The notes under the pieces: model-generated
Seen by the model: the letters and a program-made list of their open reading frames with translations, nothing else
What the model was told of the DNA's origin: nothing
The model's database searches: none
Position numbers and translations under genes: made by a program
NCBI GenBank assembly: GCA_030167865.1
Contig: JALAGF010004074.1
Span: 62,001-121,724, forward strand
Source of the DNA: Craspedostauros australis
Lineage: Eukaryota
Direction: 5' to 3'
DNA length: 59,724 nucleotides
Shown: positions 56,401 to 59,724 of the stretch, piece after piece
Layout: the number at the start of each line of letters is the position of its first letter
Numbering within the stretch: position 1 is the stretch's first letter

Positions 56401-58051
56401 CGGCACCTGCATCCACGTCCATTGCATCGCCGTCGTCGCCTGCATCAGGTTCAGGACTAGGCGATCGTTGCTGTGGACTGGTTGGACCCGCATCGCTATC
56501 ATCTTGATCCGCGTCGGCGATGACACCGTCCGGCTTGTCCCATGTGGTTTCACTCGTCTCCGTGTTGAAGTAGTACTCCAGGCCGGTGCTGTCCTTGTAC
56601 GCTACCCACGGTCCTCCTGAAGTCGTCTTGCTCGCGCCCTCGGATGAATCCCGTGCATCGGCTTCAGGTCCGGACTTTGCATCCTGCGCGGCATCTACTG
56701 CATCACCACCAGCGGCGGGTGGTGGGTTGTAATGCTCCGGCGGATCCCAGGAACTTTCCCCCGTCTTCTCGTTGCAGTAATACAACTGTCCGCTGGCGTC
56801 GTAGAATGCAGACCATTCATGCTTCATTTTTCCATCATCACTACCCTTCGTCTTCTCACCGTCTCCGCCAGAATCTGCCTTCTTGGCTTGATCGTTTGAT
56901 TGGTCTTCGTCTGCTTGGTCCGCCTTCCTGTCTGAGTGCGCCGTGGACGATGTGCCATCCGCGTCCTGGCCTTCCCCGCTGTCCCTTGGTGGAGGCGGGT
57001 TGAACTTTTCAGGCGGATCCCATGCACTCTCTCCAGTTGTGTTGTTGTAGTAGTAAAGGTTGCCGTCGTCGTCATGAAATGCTGACCATTCGTGCGTGCC
57101 TTCGCTTGCTTGAGAAGAAGACCTTTCTACATCTTGAGCCTGCGAATCATCATTGCCTGTGCCCGAGCTGCCCGCATCCCTCGATTCGTCATTGTCTCCG
57201 CTTCCAGCAGGGTCATTTTTGTTGGCACGGGAAGAATCGTCGTCATCGTCACCATCCCTGGCGTTGTCACTGCTCTGTTGCTGTCTCTCGGCCGAATCCG
57301 GAGCAGGGGATGGCGGTGGATTGAATTTGGCAGGTGGATCCCACGCACTTTCGTCTGTTTTGTTGTTGTAGTAATAAAGATTGCCATCATCGTCGTAAAA
57401 TGCCGACCATTCCAGCTCCTCGTCTTGCTGATCATTGGCACCGCCGTTGCCATCAACGGCGCCACTCGTTTCCTCAGCCGAACCTTCGTCCCCACCTTCC
57501 CGATCGCCCGATGCCGCTACATGCGGATCACGATCACGATCATCATGATCATTATCATAATTATTGGCCGGAGGACTCGTCGGCTCGGTCTCCATCGCCG
57601 CGGATGCTGACGCCGATGCATCACCTTCAGAGTTTGCGTTACCATTCTCAGCAACTGCAGCATTCGCATCATCATCAGCAGCATCATCCCTTGGTGGGAG
57701 AGGGTTGAATCTCTCCGGTGCCTCCCATGCGCTTTCTTCCGTTCTGCTGTTATAGTAGTAGACATTCCCATCATCATCGTAATGAGCGGACCATTCCAAC
57801 TCCTCCGCGCCGTCCTGGCCCTCATTGTTCCCATCATTGTTCCCATCATCTCCATCATCTCCTCCTCCTCCATCACCTCCCTCGGGCTCATCTCCACCAT
57901 CACGCGGTGGGAGCGGGTTGTACGCCTCAGGAGCATCCCACGAACTCTCCTCCGTCCGGCTGTTGTAGTAGTAGACATTGCCATCATCGTCGTAAAAGGC
58001 GGACCATTCCAGTTCGCCTCCACCACCTTCATTGTCCCCATTTCCGTCCAT
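53425..58051 (-). CDS. NELFCD: Negative elongation factor C/D (TH1-like) homologue with six N-terminal WW domains
   Basis: Exons 58051-56281, 56039-55420 and 54921-53425. TH1-like motifs RDAIMEKG...GGPKEAIQALINSFYGQ...LVCRWL, FLEDMMDSPRWRKLLIDL, ISKRGHHREIA, FSVFNAML and VDAALIRYFVGGLLQIIRPPYSVPF. Exon 1 carries six W-x-(A)F/H/Y-x-D-x2-G-x2-YY-x-N-x2-T-x-E-(S/T)-x-W-x2-P units. Confidence 0.82.
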
Positions 58052-59724
58052 CTTTGATTCCTCCTTGTCGTCGTTGTTGTCGTGGTGATGTTGTCGTTGT
58101 TGCTACGGTTTGGAGCGGCTTGCCGCTACTTCTCGACGATCTGCCCTCGCAGGGATGTGTAATATTATATTGTCTATGGTAAGTGCGGGTTCCTGTGTTG
58201 TGTACGTGTAGCACAGGACAACGCATCACCAGCAGAGTGTAGAGCAGAGAGTAGAGCAGATCACAGTGTCGAGTGCGCGCAACTTCTCTGTTTGTTTGGA
58301 TCGGTGTTGTCAACAAGATTTGTCGCGTTTGGTGCACGGTTGGAGTTAGTGTGAAAGGGATCTACGGTAAATATACTATTTACTACTACTAATTCTGCAG
58401 AATGGGTGGATTTCGATCTGATCCGACGGGTCGTTCAATGTACTACATCAGGTAGAATATCTCCAACAGGATATGCGAACATCTCAACGGCGATGGTTGG
58501 ATGAACGTGGCTTCACATGGAGGCGAAGGGTTAGGTCATTCTGGAAGATGATGACTCGGCGGTACCATAAACAGCTCGAAGTCGTACCATGTATCTTATG
58601 CCTAAGAAGAATGTTCGCTCCCTTGATGTTTGATTGACAAGGGCATAAGTCAACAGGCTTGCCAGAATTCTACGCCTTTTCCGGCGACACGACATATGTG
58701 AGTTTGCTATGGTCTTTCATCGCCGGATTGTGGTTGGGCGAAGCAGTCGAGGTAGAGGGGGTATGTGCACGAAGACTCGGCCTGGAGAGTACTTCGTCTT
58801 CTGAGCAGCAATGATGTTTGGCTCTCTCTCTCTCGAACTCGAACTCGAACTGTGACAAAAGAGGGACGACCAGAGAACAAGTCTCCACTCCTGATGCAAG
58901 AGTTAGCGCGTGTGATCATCAGGTGGCGCCTTTGTGCCCACCCGCCAAGGGCGAAATGGCAGAACACAATCGCAGTTGCGAGCGCTGTTCATGTCCAACT
59001 CCGCACTTCAGATTTCCCAAACATGTGAAGTCAAGGGGAAAGTTGTCAGATTCTTGCCGCGCGCTCGGACCATGCGAGTACCAATCCAATGACGACTGCA
59101 ATGATGGCAACCTTCGAACGAGACGTACGTGTTTGGTATGTATTGCGTGTCCACGTTGTCATCACTCACGATCTCAAACAACAGCATCGAAGATGGGTGG
59201 GAGATACCGCACAGGATGGAGCGAATGGATCGCGCTCCACTTATGGTTGTAGTTCGTTGCTGCATGGGGGGCAGTTCAAAATGCAATAATTGGCTCTATT
59301 TCATAGCGTTTAAGTCATAAATCGCTTGTTTCCGCCTAGTTCTTATCCTCGACGGAATAATATGGCATTTTNGTTNNTTTTTGGATAATTGGTGCTTTCC
59401 CCCCAAAATTCGCCCGAGTTGCTTTCGCTCTTCGTCATTGCTCCATTTCCCCACTTTACACTGTGTCGGTGTTTGCTGAGCGTGTTTTCGTCTCCGGTCC
59501 GCGCAAAACAAGGCTGCTGTCTTGGGCCAGCGCAGAGCACACAAAACTCACAACCCCAACACTCTCCACAGAGATCATTGCTCCACAGAGCACTTCGTTC
59601 CTGTTACAATCACAATCACAACCACAACCACAACAATAACAACAACAACAACAGGTACACCAACATCACCACTGCAACAGTGTTTCGTCCATGGGTGGCT
59701 CCTGTATGCGATGCAACTGGAATT

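Noticed and set aside
56540-58015. Spaced direct DNA repeats superficially resembling an array
   Set aside because: They are the coding WW-domain repeats with long variable linkers, not CRISPR or a mobile element.
58400-58720. Possible degraded coding fragment on the minus strand
   Set aside because: Multiple stops and no recognisable homology, so a pseudogene call cannot be supported.
59560-59724. CA-rich tract suggesting the 5' end of a next plus-strand gene
   Set aside because: Too little sequence to define a CDS.

Overview
Gene-dense eukaryotic nuclear DNA, almost certainly a diatom or close stramenopile relative. The evidence is short GT-AG introns, signal peptide plus (A)SAF-type bipartite plastid presequences, three DUF6824 genes and an RVxF/RGLE-type orphan. 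I can support about 21 protein-coding genes: a partial unknown gene at the left edge, peroxisomal enoyl-CoA isomerase, a secreted dirigent/AOC-like protein, plastid tandem-SnoaL protein, Nup54, an NDxC-repeat surface protein, plastid glutaredoxin, amidohydrolase, three tandem DUF6824 genes, OSCA/TMEM63 channel, a small G-protein gamma-like CaaX protein, lipin/Pah1, U1-70K, plastid thioredoxin-like 2Fe-2S ferredoxin with a candidate 9-nt microexon, Prp5/DDX46, an acidic RVxF-RGLE protein, a rhomboid pseudoprotease with SHP-like box, an ABCC/MRP transporter and a NELF-C/D (TH1) homologue fused to six WW domains. I saw no RNA genes, transposons or CRISPR arrays. The most noteworthy items are the 6xWW-NELF-C/D fusion, the candidate G-gamma subunit and the DUF6824 triplet, two members of which share colinear short motifs. 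All family calls come from motif recognition by eye and no searches were run. Splice junctions are my own predictions from GT-AG signals and frame continuity.
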